In this document: positions 27,464-37,196 of the stretch, in pieces
Layout: each line of letters opens with the position of its first letter
Position numbering within the stretch: the stretch's first letter is position 1
Source of the DNA: Polyangiales bacterium
GTDB taxonomy: Bacteria > Myxococcota_A > Polyangia > Polyangiales > Polyangiaceae
Reading direction: 5' to 3'
NCBI GenBank assembly: GCA_038230375.1
Contig: JBBRNJ010000024.1
Span: 1-64,000, forward strand
Length of the DNA stretch: 64,000 nt
Translations under genes and position numbers: made by a program
The notes under the pieces: model-generated
What the model was told of the DNA's origin: nothing
Databases searched by the model: none
Seen by the model: only the letters and a program-made list of their open reading frames with translations

Positions 27464-28405
27464 ATGATTCGCCCTTGTCTTGCTTCGCGTTCTTATCGTG
27501 TTCGTCGGGTCGCTGCTGGCGTCGTGGTGCTCCTCTCCTCCATGGCGTTCACCGTCGCTTGTAGCAGCGGAAGCAGTACCAGCGACGCCGTCGAGGGTGG
27601 GGACGGTGACGGCGGCGGCGGGGATTCTTCATCGTCATCCTCAGGGCCCGCGGCCTGCGCGCCTCTCGCCACGGCACCCATTACACTCCCCACGATCGTC
27701 GGAATCGGAAAGGACAAGAGCGGTGTCCTGTACGTAGCCGCCGGGCTCGATACGAGCGCGCCGATCCCTCGCGTGTTCGTGCTGGAGTCAGGCCAGCTAC
27801 ACGAGCAGCGGATCCTGGGCAGCGGTGGAAGCGGAGCAAACTCGGACTTCAACATGTTGTTCGTGGCGCCTGGCAGCTCGTCTGCGGGACGCACTCTGCT
27901 GCTCCATGCCGTGAACGGCAAGGCGACCGCCATGGCGCTGGGCTCACCGAACACGAAGGGCTTCATTGGCGACCCCACTGAGGCGAACGATGAGACACTC
28001 ACACTCCAGGACGACAGCGTCCTCGGCAACATCACCACGCTCGGCCTTCCCCTCTCGCCCGAGCAGATCGCGAGTACGGACGATGGCAACCTGCTCGTCG
28101 TGATGCGCAGCGAAGGGACCCCGCCGCTCCGGGTATTCTATGGCACGAACGGCGGCACCCTCTTCGAGCGCACCGTCGTGGAGATCGGCGCAGAGGCGCA
28201 GGACGAAGGCATTCTCTTCAAGGTCGATGGCGAAACGTACAGCGTGAACTTCCACTACAAGCCTCTCGCGAAGGGCAACGAAGGCGGGACTACGCAGAAC
28301 GAAACCGGTGAGATCGGGAATGCGAACGGGACGCGGACGCTCACGATCTTGCCGCTGACGACCTCGCTCGCGAGCGACACATTCGAGTGCCTCTCGGGTT
28401 CGTGA
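27464..28405 (+). CDS. putative lipoprotein
   Basis: lipobox TVA-C; Gly/Ser linker; beta-rich body. Confidence 0.7.
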   Translation: MIRPCLASRSYRVRRVAAGVVVLLSSMAFTVACSSGSSTSDAVEGGDGDGGGGDSSSSSSGPAACAPLATAPITLPTIVGIGKDKSGVLYVAAGLDTSAPIPRVFVLESGQLHEQRILGSGGSGANSDFNMLFVAPGSSSAGRTLLLHAVNGKATAMALGSPNTKGFIGDPTEANDETLTLQDDSVLGNITTLGLPLSPEQIASTDDGNLLVVMRSEGTPPLRVFYGTNGGTLFERTVVEIGAEAQDEGILFKVDGETYSVNFHYKPLAKGNEGGTTQNETGEIGNANGTRTLTILPLTTSLASDTFECLSGS

Positions 28406-28515
28406 GGGCGTCCGTTCGAGACGCAGGAGCCCCGCGGTCGGATGCACGCTGACCGTGCGCTGACCGTGGTCGGCCCGCGTCGCGCTGGCGAGCGGAAATT
28501 GCGGGACGGGCGGGG

Positions 28516-28531
28516 TGGCACGCTTGCTGCT
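28516..28531 (+). promoter_or_regulatory. putative sigma54 promoter
   Basis: TGGCAC-GCTTG-CTGCT (GG-N10-GC) ending 14 nt before ATG 28545. Confidence 0.55.
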
Positions 28532-28544
28532 ACTCTTTGATTGT

Positions 28545-28892
28545 ATGGCTGACGAACACCTCGCCGTTCTCCAGGGCATCTGGGGAGAGATGAAGACCAT
28601 GAACGGGCGCATCAACACGCTCGTCGAAGGGCAGACCGAGACGAACGCGCGCCTTGACCAGACGAACGCGCGCCTCGACCAGACGAACGTTTGCGTCGAG
28701 CAGATGAGCGCGCGCCTCGAGCACGTGGCGCGTCGTCAGGTGGAATCGGAGACGCGGATTGCCACCGAGCTGATCGCCGTCGTCAGTGCAGTACGGGAAG
28801 TGCGCGATGTCGTCCGCGAGGACCGCTTCGAGCGTCAGCGGCTCGATCGGCTAGAGCATCGCGTGGACGCGCTCGAGAAGCGCAGCGCCTGA
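28545..28892 (+). CDS. small heptad-repeat coiled-coil protein
   Basis: ETNARLDQTNARLDQTN heptads; C-terminal RLDRLEHRVDALE. Confidence 0.75.
   Translation: MADEHLAVLQGIWGEMKTMNGRINTLVEGQTETNARLDQTNARLDQTNVCVEQMSARLEHVARRQVESETRIATELIAVVSAVREVRDVVREDRFERQRLDRLEHRVDALEKRSA
28639..28689 (+). repeat. 21-nt tandem repeat (about 2.4 copies)
   Basis: agacgaacgcgcgcc(t/c)-type unit repeated at 28639 and 28660, partial at 28681. Confidence 0.85.
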
Positions 28893-29052
28893 GCGGCGCG
28901 ACCGTTCTACCCGCTGGCCTTTGTCGCGACTGGATCGTGGACGGACCATTCGAGTGCCCCACCTCCGGGCCATCCTGAGCGGAATTTTGCAGTAATACGG
29001 GAGCTCCACGCGGGCGTATCAATTGCAGAGCAGTGGCCCAGAGGTCATTCCA

Positions 29053-30546
29053 ATGCTGCGACGGTTCGGGACGTTGGTGGTTGCGTCGCTCTTCACGGCG
29101 GCCTGCTCCGGAGGCAGCGCGAGCGACGACCCAACGAACAGCGGCGGCGCGGACACCAACACCAGCGGCGTCACCGGCAGCGGGGACGGCACCGGCCCAG
29201 GCTCGGGGCAGAGCTCCAGCGGCTCGCCCGACGGCGGCGTCGGAGCGCCCGCAATGACCTCGACGGACGGCGTGCGCGACGGCGCGGAGACGGACGTCGA
29301 CTGCGGCGGCGGCGCGGCACCCACATGCGCGGACGGCAAGAAGTGCAAAGCGGGGAGTGACTGCACGGACGGCGTTTGCAACCCGAAGACCAGCACCTGC
29401 GACGCGCCATCGTCGACCGACGGCATCAAGAACGGCAACGAGAGCGACGTCGACTGCGGCTCGAGCGGAATGGGCGCCCACACCAACGCTCCCGCTTGCG
29501 CCGCCACGAAGGCCTGCGGCGTGGCCGCGGACTGCTCCTCGCTCGGCTGTGACTACCAGAAGAAATGCGCGGTCGGCCGCAGCTGCACGCAGCTCCACGG
29601 CGGGCAGACCTGCGGCACCGGCGACTTCAAGGACCCCACGCACAAGCACGAGAGCTGCTGCGAGGCCGTGGCGGTCCCCACGCTGACGGCGAAGATCGAC
29701 AAGTACCAGATCACGTCGGGCCGCATGCGCGCGTTCATCGCGAACGTCGACGGCAAGGTTCAGCAGTGGGTGCAGGCGAACCGCGCCACGCTGTCGACGC
29801 GCGCGCAGTCCTCGCTCCCGGCGTCGCTCGATCAGTACCTGCCGGTCGACTACAACGGCACCTACGGCGTTGCGCAGAACCTTGGCGCCACAATCTTCCT
29901 GCCGAACCAGCCGAGCAGCACGCAGGGCTGCTTCATCGGCCCGGACGACGCGAACTACCACGCGGGCTCGCACACATACATGCTCGACGCCCAGGGCCGC
30001 GCCCTCACGGGAGAGGTCGCGTCGCTCTTGCCGCAGGACCGTCTCGACGAGAAGAGCCTCAACTGCGTGCCCTACCCGATCCTCGCGGCGTTCTGCGCGT
30101 GGGACGGCGGCTTTCTCGCCTCGCGCGAGGATCTGGACGTGGCGTGGGGCGGCACCACGTACCCTTGGGGCAGCTCGCCCATCCCCTCTGGCTTCTCGGC
30201 CGCCGGCGGCTCGACCCAGACTCCGGCGAATGGCAACCTCTTGTATGCCAACTGGCAGTGGAACTATTTCCGCATCAGCGGAGACTACGAGACCTACAAC
30301 CGCGGAGACTACACCGCGTTCGTCGCGCCACCGGGCCGATACCCGATGGGCGTGGGCAAGGTCGCCCCGATCATGGACCTTGCTGGCAACCTGATGGAGA
30401 TCACCACGACGGGTCTCGGCAACGGGTCCGGCTCCGTGAAGTGGTCCAAGAACGGCTCGTTCGAGGGTCACGCTGTGGGGACGGCCGGCTTCCAGTTTCC
30501 GCCCATGACCAAGTACGGAAAAGCGGGAGGTCGCTGCGAGCGTTGA
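29053..30546 (+). CDS. lipoprotein with two ETDVDCG Cys-rich repeats and FGE-sulfatase-like C-terminal domain
   Basis: TAA-C lipobox; DGVRDGAETDVDCGG / DGIKNGNESDVDCG; DKYQIT, AFCAWDGG, YPWG, DLAGNL.E, GGRC motifs. Confidence 0.8.
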   Translation: MLRRFGTLVVASLFTAACSGGSASDDPTNSGGADTNTSGVTGSGDGTGPGSGQSSSGSPDGGVGAPAMTSTDGVRDGAETDVDCGGGAAPTCADGKKCKAGSDCTDGVCNPKTSTCDAPSSTDGIKNGNESDVDCGSSGMGAHTNAPACAATKACGVAADCSSLGCDYQKKCAVGRSCTQLHGGQTCGTGDFKDPTHKHESCCEAVAVPTLTAKIDKYQITSGRMRAFIANVDGKVQQWVQANRATLSTRAQSSLPASLDQYLPVDYNGTYGVAQNLGATIFLPNQPSSTQGCFIGPDDANYHAGSHTYMLDAQGRALTGEVASLLPQDRLDEKSLNCVPYPILAAFCAWDGGFLASREDLDVAWGGTTYPWGSSPIPSGFSAAGGSTQTPANGNLLYANWQWNYFRISGDYETYNRGDYTAFVAPPGRYPMGVGKVAPIMDLAGNLMEITTTGLGNGSGSVKWSKNGSFEGHAVGTAGFQFPPMTKYGKAGGRCER

Positions 30547-30562
30547 TAGCTCGGTGGGTTAG

Positions 30563-31717
30563 CTAACCTGCCGGTTTCAGCAACGCCTTCAAGTCGGGAG
30601 GCGTGTATCGCCCGTCGAGGGCGGCGGCCATTTCCGGAGAGTCGTCGGCGTCGGCTGCTGCGGCGGCGATCTGCTTCGCATCGTTCTCGCGACCCGCTGC
30701 ACGCAGCGCACGAACGAGCGTGTACGCCGTCTCGCGAAGCTTCTCGTCCACAGCCGCAAGCGTGAACGCGAACGAATCGACGGCGGGGCCTGGCGGAGCG
30801 ACCGCCGTGATCGCCGCGATCTCCACGCGGACGCCCGCTCGCAACGTGATCTGATCACGGAACTTCAGCAGCGGACGAGGATGGAGCTTGCCGACGTCCG
30901 CCCAGCGATCGGCCGCGACGAGGAGAGGCTCCACCTGCTTGACGACCGCTGGCGCGAGCCACGCCGCGGCAAGCGCCCGATCGCCGTGCTCGTCGAACCA
31001 GGCGAGCGTCTTCGCCTCCTCGCCGAGCGCCTTGTTCAGCGACCACCAGTCGGTGAACGCGACAACGTCCTCCACGTCGAGGGTGGGGGGAGACGCTGCG
31101 CGGAGCGCGCTGAATGCCTCTCGCGCTGGCGGGTGCGCGGTCACCAGCTTCTTCACGGTCTCGACGAAGGGCCCATGCTTGATCGAGGCCATCTTCGGCT
31201 CGTGCTCGAGCATGTGCTTCCACAACCAGACGTGCTCGGTCGTTGCCTCTTCCAGCGCCCCGCTGTTCAGAAGAGCCCCTGCGAGCTGCAGCCGGCGAAA
31301 CGCGTCCTTGGGATTCGCGACCACCTCGCGCCGCCGACGCTCGGCAAAGGTTTCACCGAGCGCGATGCCGTCGAGCCAGGCGAGCAGCTCCGGCGCACCG
31401 AGCGATCCGACGACGCGACCGATCTCGCCGCCTCGGTCGAAGGCCACAAGGGCCGGCGTCGACTTCACAGTCAGCATCTTCACGGTCCAGTCGTCGGCAT
31501 CGAAGTCGAGCTGGATCGCGAGCGCCGCTTCCCCGATCCGCGCGACGACCTTCGGGTCGGTCCACGTTACCTGGTCCATCACCTCGCACGCGGGGCTCCC
31601 GCTGGCAGTGACGGCGACGAGCAACACGCGCCCTTCCTGCCGCGCGCGGGCGAGCGCGGCTTCGTAGTCGAGAGCGAGGAAGACGGACGGCTTCATACCT
31701 TGCAGAATAGACGTCAT
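30563..31717 (-). CDS. thioredoxin-like domain plus helical (TPR-like) protein
   Basis: AL.RARQEGR.LLV.VTA.GSPACEVMD..TW; V.STP cis-Pro loop. Confidence 0.7.
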   Translation of the reverse strand: MTSILQGMKPSVFLALDYEAALARARQEGRVLLVAVTASGSPACEVMDQVTWTDPKVVARIGEAALAIQLDFDADDWTVKMLTVKSTPALVAFDRGGEIGRVVGSLGAPELLAWLDGIALGETFAERRRREVVANPKDAFRRLQLAGALLNSGALEEATTEHVWLWKHMLEHEPKMASIKHGPFVETVKKLVTAHPPAREAFSALRAASPPTLDVEDVVAFTDWWSLNKALGEEAKTLAWFDEHGDRALAAAWLAPAVVKQVEPLLVAADRWADVGKLHPRPLLKFRDQITLRAGVRVEIAAITAVAPPGPAVDSFAFTLAAVDEKLRETAYTLVRALRAAGRENDAKQIAAAAADADDSPEMAAALDGRYTPPDLKALLKPAG

Positions 31718-31763
31718 GCGCCTTTCACGGGAACCGATCGCAGGTGATGCGCGTAGGGACTAC

Positions 31764-32192
31764 ATGAGGGGCAAGGACGCGCCGGGTTTCGTGGGGCAGT
31801 TCGAGCTCGAAGAGCTGGACGAGCCCGTCACGCTGCGATCGCTCGAGCACACGACGATCATTCCACCGTCGCACGTGACCGTCCCGGTGGAGGCGCTCGT
31901 GGGCCTATATGACGTGCCCACGATCACGACCATGCCCGGGGTCGAGGACGATTCGCTGAGGCAGCTCGTCCTGTCTCACATCGATGGCGAGACGACCGTC
32001 GCGCAGATCGCAGAGGCCGCGGACGTTGGTGATGAGGTCGTGCGAGCGGTCGTGGCACAGCTCCATGATCAGGGCATGCTCTCGATCCGGCGCGCGCCTA
32101 CTGACTCCGACGTGCGCATGATCCGCCGTCCGAGCGGCGACGAGACGATGGTCATGGAGATGCAGCTGCACCTGCGCGGATCGCGCGCATGA
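31764..32192 (+). CDS. hypothetical protein with winged-helix motif
   Basis: VLSHIDGETTVAQIA......EVV..VV.QL...GML. Confidence 0.55.
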   Translation: MRGKDAPGFVGQFELEELDEPVTLRSLEHTTIIPPSHVTVPVEALVGLYDVPTITTMPGVEDDSLRQLVLSHIDGETTVAQIAEAADVGDEVVRAVVAQLHDQGMLSIRRAPTDSDVRMIRRPSGDETMVMEMQLHLRGSRA

Positions 32193-32205
32193 CCCAGAGT
32201 CCCTC

Positions 32206-33447
32206 TCAGAACGACTTCAGATCCGGGAAGAGGCGCTTGGAGATCACGATTCGCTGGATCTGTCCCGTGCCCTCGAAGATGTCGTAGACCTTGATGTCGC
32301 GGAACCACTTCTCCAGCAGCTGGTGGTCCTTCTGTAGCGTGCCTTCCACACCGCAGATCTCGATCGCCTCGATGCACGCGCGAATAGAGGCCTGTCCTGC
32401 GAGCGCCTTCGACATGCTCGCTTCCTTTGCATTCGGCTGCTCGTTGTCCGCGAGCCAGGCGGCGTGCCATGTGGCCATGCGTGCCGCCTCGAGCTTCTGC
32501 CCGATGCGCGCCAGTCGCTCTGCGATCACGGAGTAGCGCGGCGTGTGGCGCGCGAGCGCGTAGTTCGATATCGCGAAGTCGCGCGCGTACTCGTAGGCTG
32601 CGCGTCCAATGCCAATGGCCATGGAGGCGACGATCGGCCGCGTGTTGTCGAAGGTCTTCATGGCGGTCATGAAGCCTTCCTTGCTGGCGTAGCTATCCTC
32701 GCCGCCCAGCAGGTTCTCGTTGGGGACGCGCACGTCCTCCAGCACCAGCTCCGCGGTCTCGCTTGCGCGCAGGCCCATCTTCTCTTCTATCTTGCCGACG
32801 GAGAAGCCGGCCGTGCCTTTCTCCACGACGAACGCGCGGTGTCCTGCGCGCCCGAGCGCGGGGTCCACCGTCGCGAACACCACGTTCCACGACGCGCGCC
32901 CGCCGTTGGTGATGAAGCACTTGCGACCATTGAGGACCCAGTGAGAGCCGTCGCGCCTGCAGCTGGTGCGGATGCCCGCGACGTCGCTTCCCGCGCTGGG
33001 CTCCGTGAGCGCATACGCGCCCCATTTCAGCCCTTGCGACATGTCACGGAAGATCGAAAAAAAGCGCTCCTTCTGCTCCGGTGTGCCGGTGCCGCGAACC
33101 GGCGGTCCGCCGAGTCCGGGGCCGGGCAGGCACAAGAGCAACGCGGCATCGCCCCATGACAGCTCCTCTGCGGAGAGCACGGTGCTCACCATCGCGGTGG
33201 ACGCCTTTTTTGCGCCCTCCGCGGGCTTCTCGCCCTCCGACGTGGCCGCGCCAAGGCCTTGCACGCCCCATGCGCCGGCCGGGCCGCCCATGGACGCGGC
33301 CATCATGACGAAGCGCGAAAGGAACTCGTCCGGGATGCCGTGCGCGCGGTCCCACGCAAGGGACTGCGGCCGGATCACGTTCCTGGCGAAGCCGTGGATC
33401 ATGTCGCGGAGATCGCGCTGACGACTGGAAATGCTGAAGTCGATCAT
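32206..33447 (-). CDS. acyl-CoA dehydrogenase (catalytic-type subunit)
   Basis: ALTEPSAGSD, LNGRKCFITNG, KMGLRASET, RDIKVYDIFEGT. Confidence 0.93.
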   Translation of the reverse strand: MIDFSISSRQRDLRDMIHGFARNVIRPQSLAWDRAHGIPDEFLSRFVMMAASMGGPAGAWGVQGLGAATSEGEKPAEGAKKASTAMVSTVLSAEELSWGDAALLLCLPGPGLGGPPVRGTGTPEQKERFFSIFRDMSQGLKWGAYALTEPSAGSDVAGIRTSCRRDGSHWVLNGRKCFITNGGRASWNVVFATVDPALGRAGHRAFVVEKGTAGFSVGKIEEKMGLRASETAELVLEDVRVPNENLLGGEDSYASKEGFMTAMKTFDNTRPIVASMAIGIGRAAYEYARDFAISNYALARHTPRYSVIAERLARIGQKLEAARMATWHAAWLADNEQPNAKEASMSKALAGQASIRACIEAIEICGVEGTLQKDHQLLEKWFRDIKVYDIFEGTGQIQRIVISKRLFPDLKSF

Positions 33448-33461
33448 CTTCTCTGTTCCCT

Positions 33462-34658
33462 TCAGATGAGCGCGGACTGAGATTCGGCGTTGGGGAGGAC
33501 CAGACCAAGATCGATCGGGCGTCCGAGCTCGATGGCGGCCGCGAGCTGATCGGCGCAGCCTGCGGGCATTGCGCAGAGCTGCAGTTGCTTCGCGTCGCGC
33601 ATCATCTTCTCCACGGGGTAGTCGCGCATGAAGCCAGCGCCTCCGTGCAACTGCACGGCGTCGTCACCACAGCGCATCGCCGCTTCGAGCGCGTGGCTCA
33701 CGGCGAATGCGGACGTTCGGAGCGCATCGTTCTCTGGGACCTTCGCGTCCCACATCCATGCGGCCCGCAGGACCATGGCCGCAGATGCAGCCGCATCCAT
33801 CGATCGATCCGCGACGTTGAACGCGACCGCCTGGAAATGCGCGACCGGCTTTCCGAACGCCTTCCGCATCTCCACGTACTCGCGCGTGACGTCCACGGCC
33901 GTACGCGACAGGCCCACCGCGCGCGCAGCGTTGATGAGCGCGTTCTTCACGAAGAAGCGCACCGTGGCGGCGTTGAAGTCGCCGTTGCCCGAAAGGCGCG
34001 CGGCCTCGGTCACGGTCACGTCGGTGAGCGTGATGCCGGAGATGCTTGCGACATCCAGCCCGAGCGACACCTCTCTTGCGCCGATCGCCACGCCCTTTGC
34101 ATTCTTCGGAACGATGAACGCGGCAAGCCCGTTCCACCCCGCCGCCTCATCGATCTGCGCGAAGACGATGAACGCGCTCGCGCGGTCCGCATTGAGCACG
34201 TAGCTCTTCACGCCGTTGATGCGGTAGCCGTCGCCGTCGCGCGTGGCGGTCGTGCACAGACCGGGGCGATCCGCATGTGCCCTGCTTTCTCCCCATGCCA
34301 CAGCGCCAAAGCCGCCTTCGAGCGCAGCGATCGCCCGCGCCGCTTGCTCCTCCGTGCCCAGCTCCACAGCCGCCAGACCGAACGCGCCGGGCCCGCGCAG
34401 TCCGAAGGCCGCCGCCGCATCGCCCATGGCAAGCTCCTGCTCGAGCAACACGGCGGTCGCAAGCCCAAGGCCCGCGCCACCGCACGACTCGGGGATCGCG
34501 ATCATGGAGAGCCCCATGTCCGCCGCGATCTTCTGCAGATCGTCCGGGATGGCGCGCGCCTGCTCCGTCTCGCGCATGCGCGCGCGAAGCGTCTTCGCGA
34601 ATCCGCGAGCGGCATCCTGCATCATGCGTTGGTCTTCGGATGGTTCGAACGAGATCAT
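33462..34658 (-). CDS. acyl-CoA dehydrogenase family protein (degenerate partner subunit)
   Basis: GGAGG RBS; INGVKSYV, R.AFGKPV..FQAV, QLHGGAGFMRDYPVEK..RDA; lacks the C-terminal EG motif. Confidence 0.85.
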   Translation of the reverse strand: MISFEPSEDQRMMQDAARGFAKTLRARMRETEQARAIPDDLQKIAADMGLSMIAIPESCGGAGLGLATAVLLEQELAMGDAAAAFGLRGPGAFGLAAVELGTEEQAARAIAALEGGFGAVAWGESRAHADRPGLCTTATRDGDGYRINGVKSYVLNADRASAFIVFAQIDEAAGWNGLAAFIVPKNAKGVAIGAREVSLGLDVASISGITLTDVTVTEAARLSGNGDFNAATVRFFVKNALINAARAVGLSRTAVDVTREYVEMRKAFGKPVAHFQAVAFNVADRSMDAAASAAMVLRAAWMWDAKVPENDALRTSAFAVSHALEAAMRCGDDAVQLHGGAGFMRDYPVEKMMRDAKQLQLCAMPAGCADQLAAAIELGRPIDLGLVLPNAESQSALI

Positions 34659-34801
34659 GTCAGCCTCCGGATACTTCGGAGGCATATGTTTCGCGTACGA
34701 AACAATCGCCGTCAAGCCCCGCGATGACCTATTTTTCTCCTGCCCGCGTCGAAGCACCTGCCAAAGATGAATTGCATCCCTGGAGGTGTCGTACCCAGGT
34801 C

Positions 34802-35983
34802 ATGCATTCTCGTCGACTCGTCGTGCTCTCCGCGCTCGTGCTCCTTGCATCGTGCTCGCTCCAGATCCCCACCGGCAAGGGCGGCGCTGGTACCAACGGC
34901 TCCGCGTCGAGCGCTGGCACCCAGGGTGACAACGGCGCCGCATCAGGCTCGAACGGCGGACCGAACGGCGGGGCGAACGGGTCCGCGCCCTCCACGGCGA
35001 CGTTTCCACTCGTGACACCGCCCGTCAAAGCAGCCGCGCCGCGGGGCTTCGGCGGCGCGACGGGAGGGAGTCACGCGACGCCGTTCCATCCGGGTCGCTT
35101 TCTCACGCTCGACACGAACGACATCCGGAGCCGCTTCTTCTCCATGGGGCCCACGAACGTCTACGGTCTGCTCGGCTCGATCGACGATCGGATCCAGGGC
35201 TACAACATGCGCACGCAGAACGGCGGCCCCGCGTGCATGCAGGCGGAGCCGGTCGCGTACACGATTCATCCGTTCGGCACCGACGTTTCGTTCTACGCGC
35301 AGTGCGTCGACAAGATCGGCTCGAGCAACCCGGCGGATCCGGGCTTCATCCAGTTCGGCACGAAGGATGGCGTCGTCTACTACTACTCCGCGGTCGGAGC
35401 AGGATGGACGGCAGCGATCCTCACGCCCAACGCGCCCGCGCCGACCGATGCGGGCCCTCCGGCCACGACCTATCGTGTCCACGCGTGGTCGGGTGTCGGC
35501 TACCTCAACGCCGACGGGTGTGGGAACAAAGGTGCGTTCGACGATTGCTCCTACGGCGTGATCGAGCTCGTGGCCGACGCAAGCACTGCGACGTTCGAGA
35601 TGGCCGTCGCGGGCATCGGCTTCGGCTATTGCGGCGCGCAGCTCAAGTCGAACGGAACGCTCGTGTACGGCGTTGGCTCGACCGACATGGGGCAGACGTG
35701 CAATGCGCAGGGCACGTTCTGTGTCCAGGCGAGCGACGTCATGACGTCCGCGACTTGCGATGGCGACGACGTGCAGATGCTCACCCTCACACCGCTCGGT
35801 CGCCGTGAGTCAATCGGCTCTGGCCTTGCGCATCTCGCGAGTGGCATCGACGGCGGTGTGGCGTGGGGTGCAAGCCAGTATCCTGGCTCTGACGCGAACC
35901 AGGTAGTGCTGGACGGCACCGGAGCCGATTCCCTGCGATTCGGTCCAACGTCACCCACGGCGGGCGTCGGCTCCTTCCACTGA
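34802..35983 (+). CDS. putative lipoprotein
   Basis: LLAS-C lipobox; Gly/Asn linker; Cys pairs. Confidence 0.7.
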   Translation: MHSRRLVVLSALVLLASCSLQIPTGKGGAGTNGSASSAGTQGDNGAASGSNGGPNGGANGSAPSTATFPLVTPPVKAAAPRGFGGATGGSHATPFHPGRFLTLDTNDIRSRFFSMGPTNVYGLLGSIDDRIQGYNMRTQNGGPACMQAEPVAYTIHPFGTDVSFYAQCVDKIGSSNPADPGFIQFGTKDGVVYYYSAVGAGWTAAILTPNAPAPTDAGPPATTYRVHAWSGVGYLNADGCGNKGAFDDCSYGVIELVADASTATFEMAVAGIGFGYCGAQLKSNGTLVYGVGSTDMGQTCNAQGTFCVQASDVMTSATCDGDDVQMLTLTPLGRRESIGSGLAHLASGIDGGVAWGASQYPGSDANQVVLDGTGADSLRFGPTSPTAGVGSFH

Positions 35984-35992
35984 ACCAGCCGA

Positions 35993-37096
35993 CTACTGCT
36001 TCGTATACGTGATGACGATGCCGTCGCCCGGTGTCGCGGCGGCAAAGCCCAGTCCAGTCACCAGCGTCGTGGCCGTTGCGCTGTAAGACATGGAGGTGGA
36101 CTGCGAGGTCGGGCACGATTGGGTTTGCACGAACGTCGTCCCCGACACGTGGTAGCTGCCCGTCGACGCCTTCGTCTTGCCATCCGAGCTGTTCATGCTG
36201 ACACCTGAATAGGTGGTTGTATTCAGATGGAGCGTGGTCGTGAACGAGACTCCAACCACGGTGCTCGCCGCGCTGCCAAATCCCTCGACCTTCGTCGCCA
36301 CGTACACACCGGTCGCGATCGGGGTACCAGCGAAGGTCGGCAGCGTCGTGCCCGCTACTCCCACGACCGCCGTGGCCACTTGAGCCTTGGACGTGAGCCC
36401 GCAGTCGAGCCGCGTGGGCAGCCCGCCGCACATGAACACGGCGTTGCTGCGCTCCGAGCTGCACGTCGACAAGTGGGTCGTTAGCTGGGACGAGCACGCT
36501 GCCTTGCCGGCCTTCACCTTGGTCAGGGTGGAGCAAGCGCCCGCATACGCCTTCTTCCTGCAGCTCTGATAGCTGCTGGCGGTCGCGCAGCCCGTGCACG
36601 TGTCTTCGGCGCACAGCTCCTGGATGCCGTACGCATCCGAGCACGACTGGCTTTCACCGGCCGCGCGGAGGCAATCCCAGTTGTTGAGGAAGGAGTAGTT
36701 GGGAAACTTCGACTCGACGGTGACTGCCCATGACGAGGCGCTCTGCGAGCTGGGCCCGATACATTCGCTGCAGCCGGGGCTGTTCAGACCGGAGGTCGGA
36801 TCCGCGATGACCGCGTCGACATCTGCGTCGCTGCACTGGCTCGAACGCGTCTTCGGCGGCGGCGGGGTGCGCGCCGTTGCATCGGTCACGGTGGCCGGGC
36901 ATGTCGCGCCCGCCTTCCCCGCGTCGGAGCCGTCATCCGGCGCGGACGGCGCAACGTGTTCGGTGGACGTGCTACCTGGGGTCGTCGTGTCCGAAGGTGC
37001 TGCCGAGCACGCAGCTGACGCGATGGGTATGGCGAACGCGGCCGTGAGGAGCGCTCCGGAGCGAGCAAGAGCGCGAAGCGCGGAAGCTGTCACCAT
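35993..37096 (-). CDS. Cys-rich lipoprotein with 'G..I..G.Y' C-terminal domain
   Basis: SAA-C lipobox; Cys-rich helical middle; PTFAGTPIATGVYVAT...YSAT...VITYTKQ. Confidence 0.7.
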   Translation of the reverse strand: MVTASALRALARSGALLTAAFAIPIASAACSAAPSDTTTPGSTSTEHVAPSAPDDGSDAGKAGATCPATVTDATARTPPPPKTRSSQCSDADVDAVIADPTSGLNSPGCSECIGPSSQSASSWAVTVESKFPNYSFLNNWDCLRAAGESQSCSDAYGIQELCAEDTCTGCATASSYQSCRKKAYAGACSTLTKVKAGKAACSSQLTTHLSTCSSERSNAVFMCGGLPTRLDCGLTSKAQVATAVVGVAGTTLPTFAGTPIATGVYVATKVEGFGSAASTVVGVSFTTTLHLNTTTYSGVSMNSSDGKTKASTGSYHVSGTTFVQTQSCPTSQSTSMSYSATATTLVTGLGFAAATPGDGIVITYTKQ

Positions 37097-37196
37097 GGCG
37101 GGTGGTATACGCCATGTATCCCATTGGGCAAGGAGAAATCCTTCAGCATTGACCTGGGTGCCGGTCACCGCGATGCTGGCCTCTGGAGGTCCGCCC

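Noticed and set aside
29053..30546. Diversity-generating retroelement target
   Set aside because: No reverse transcriptase or template repeat visible in the window
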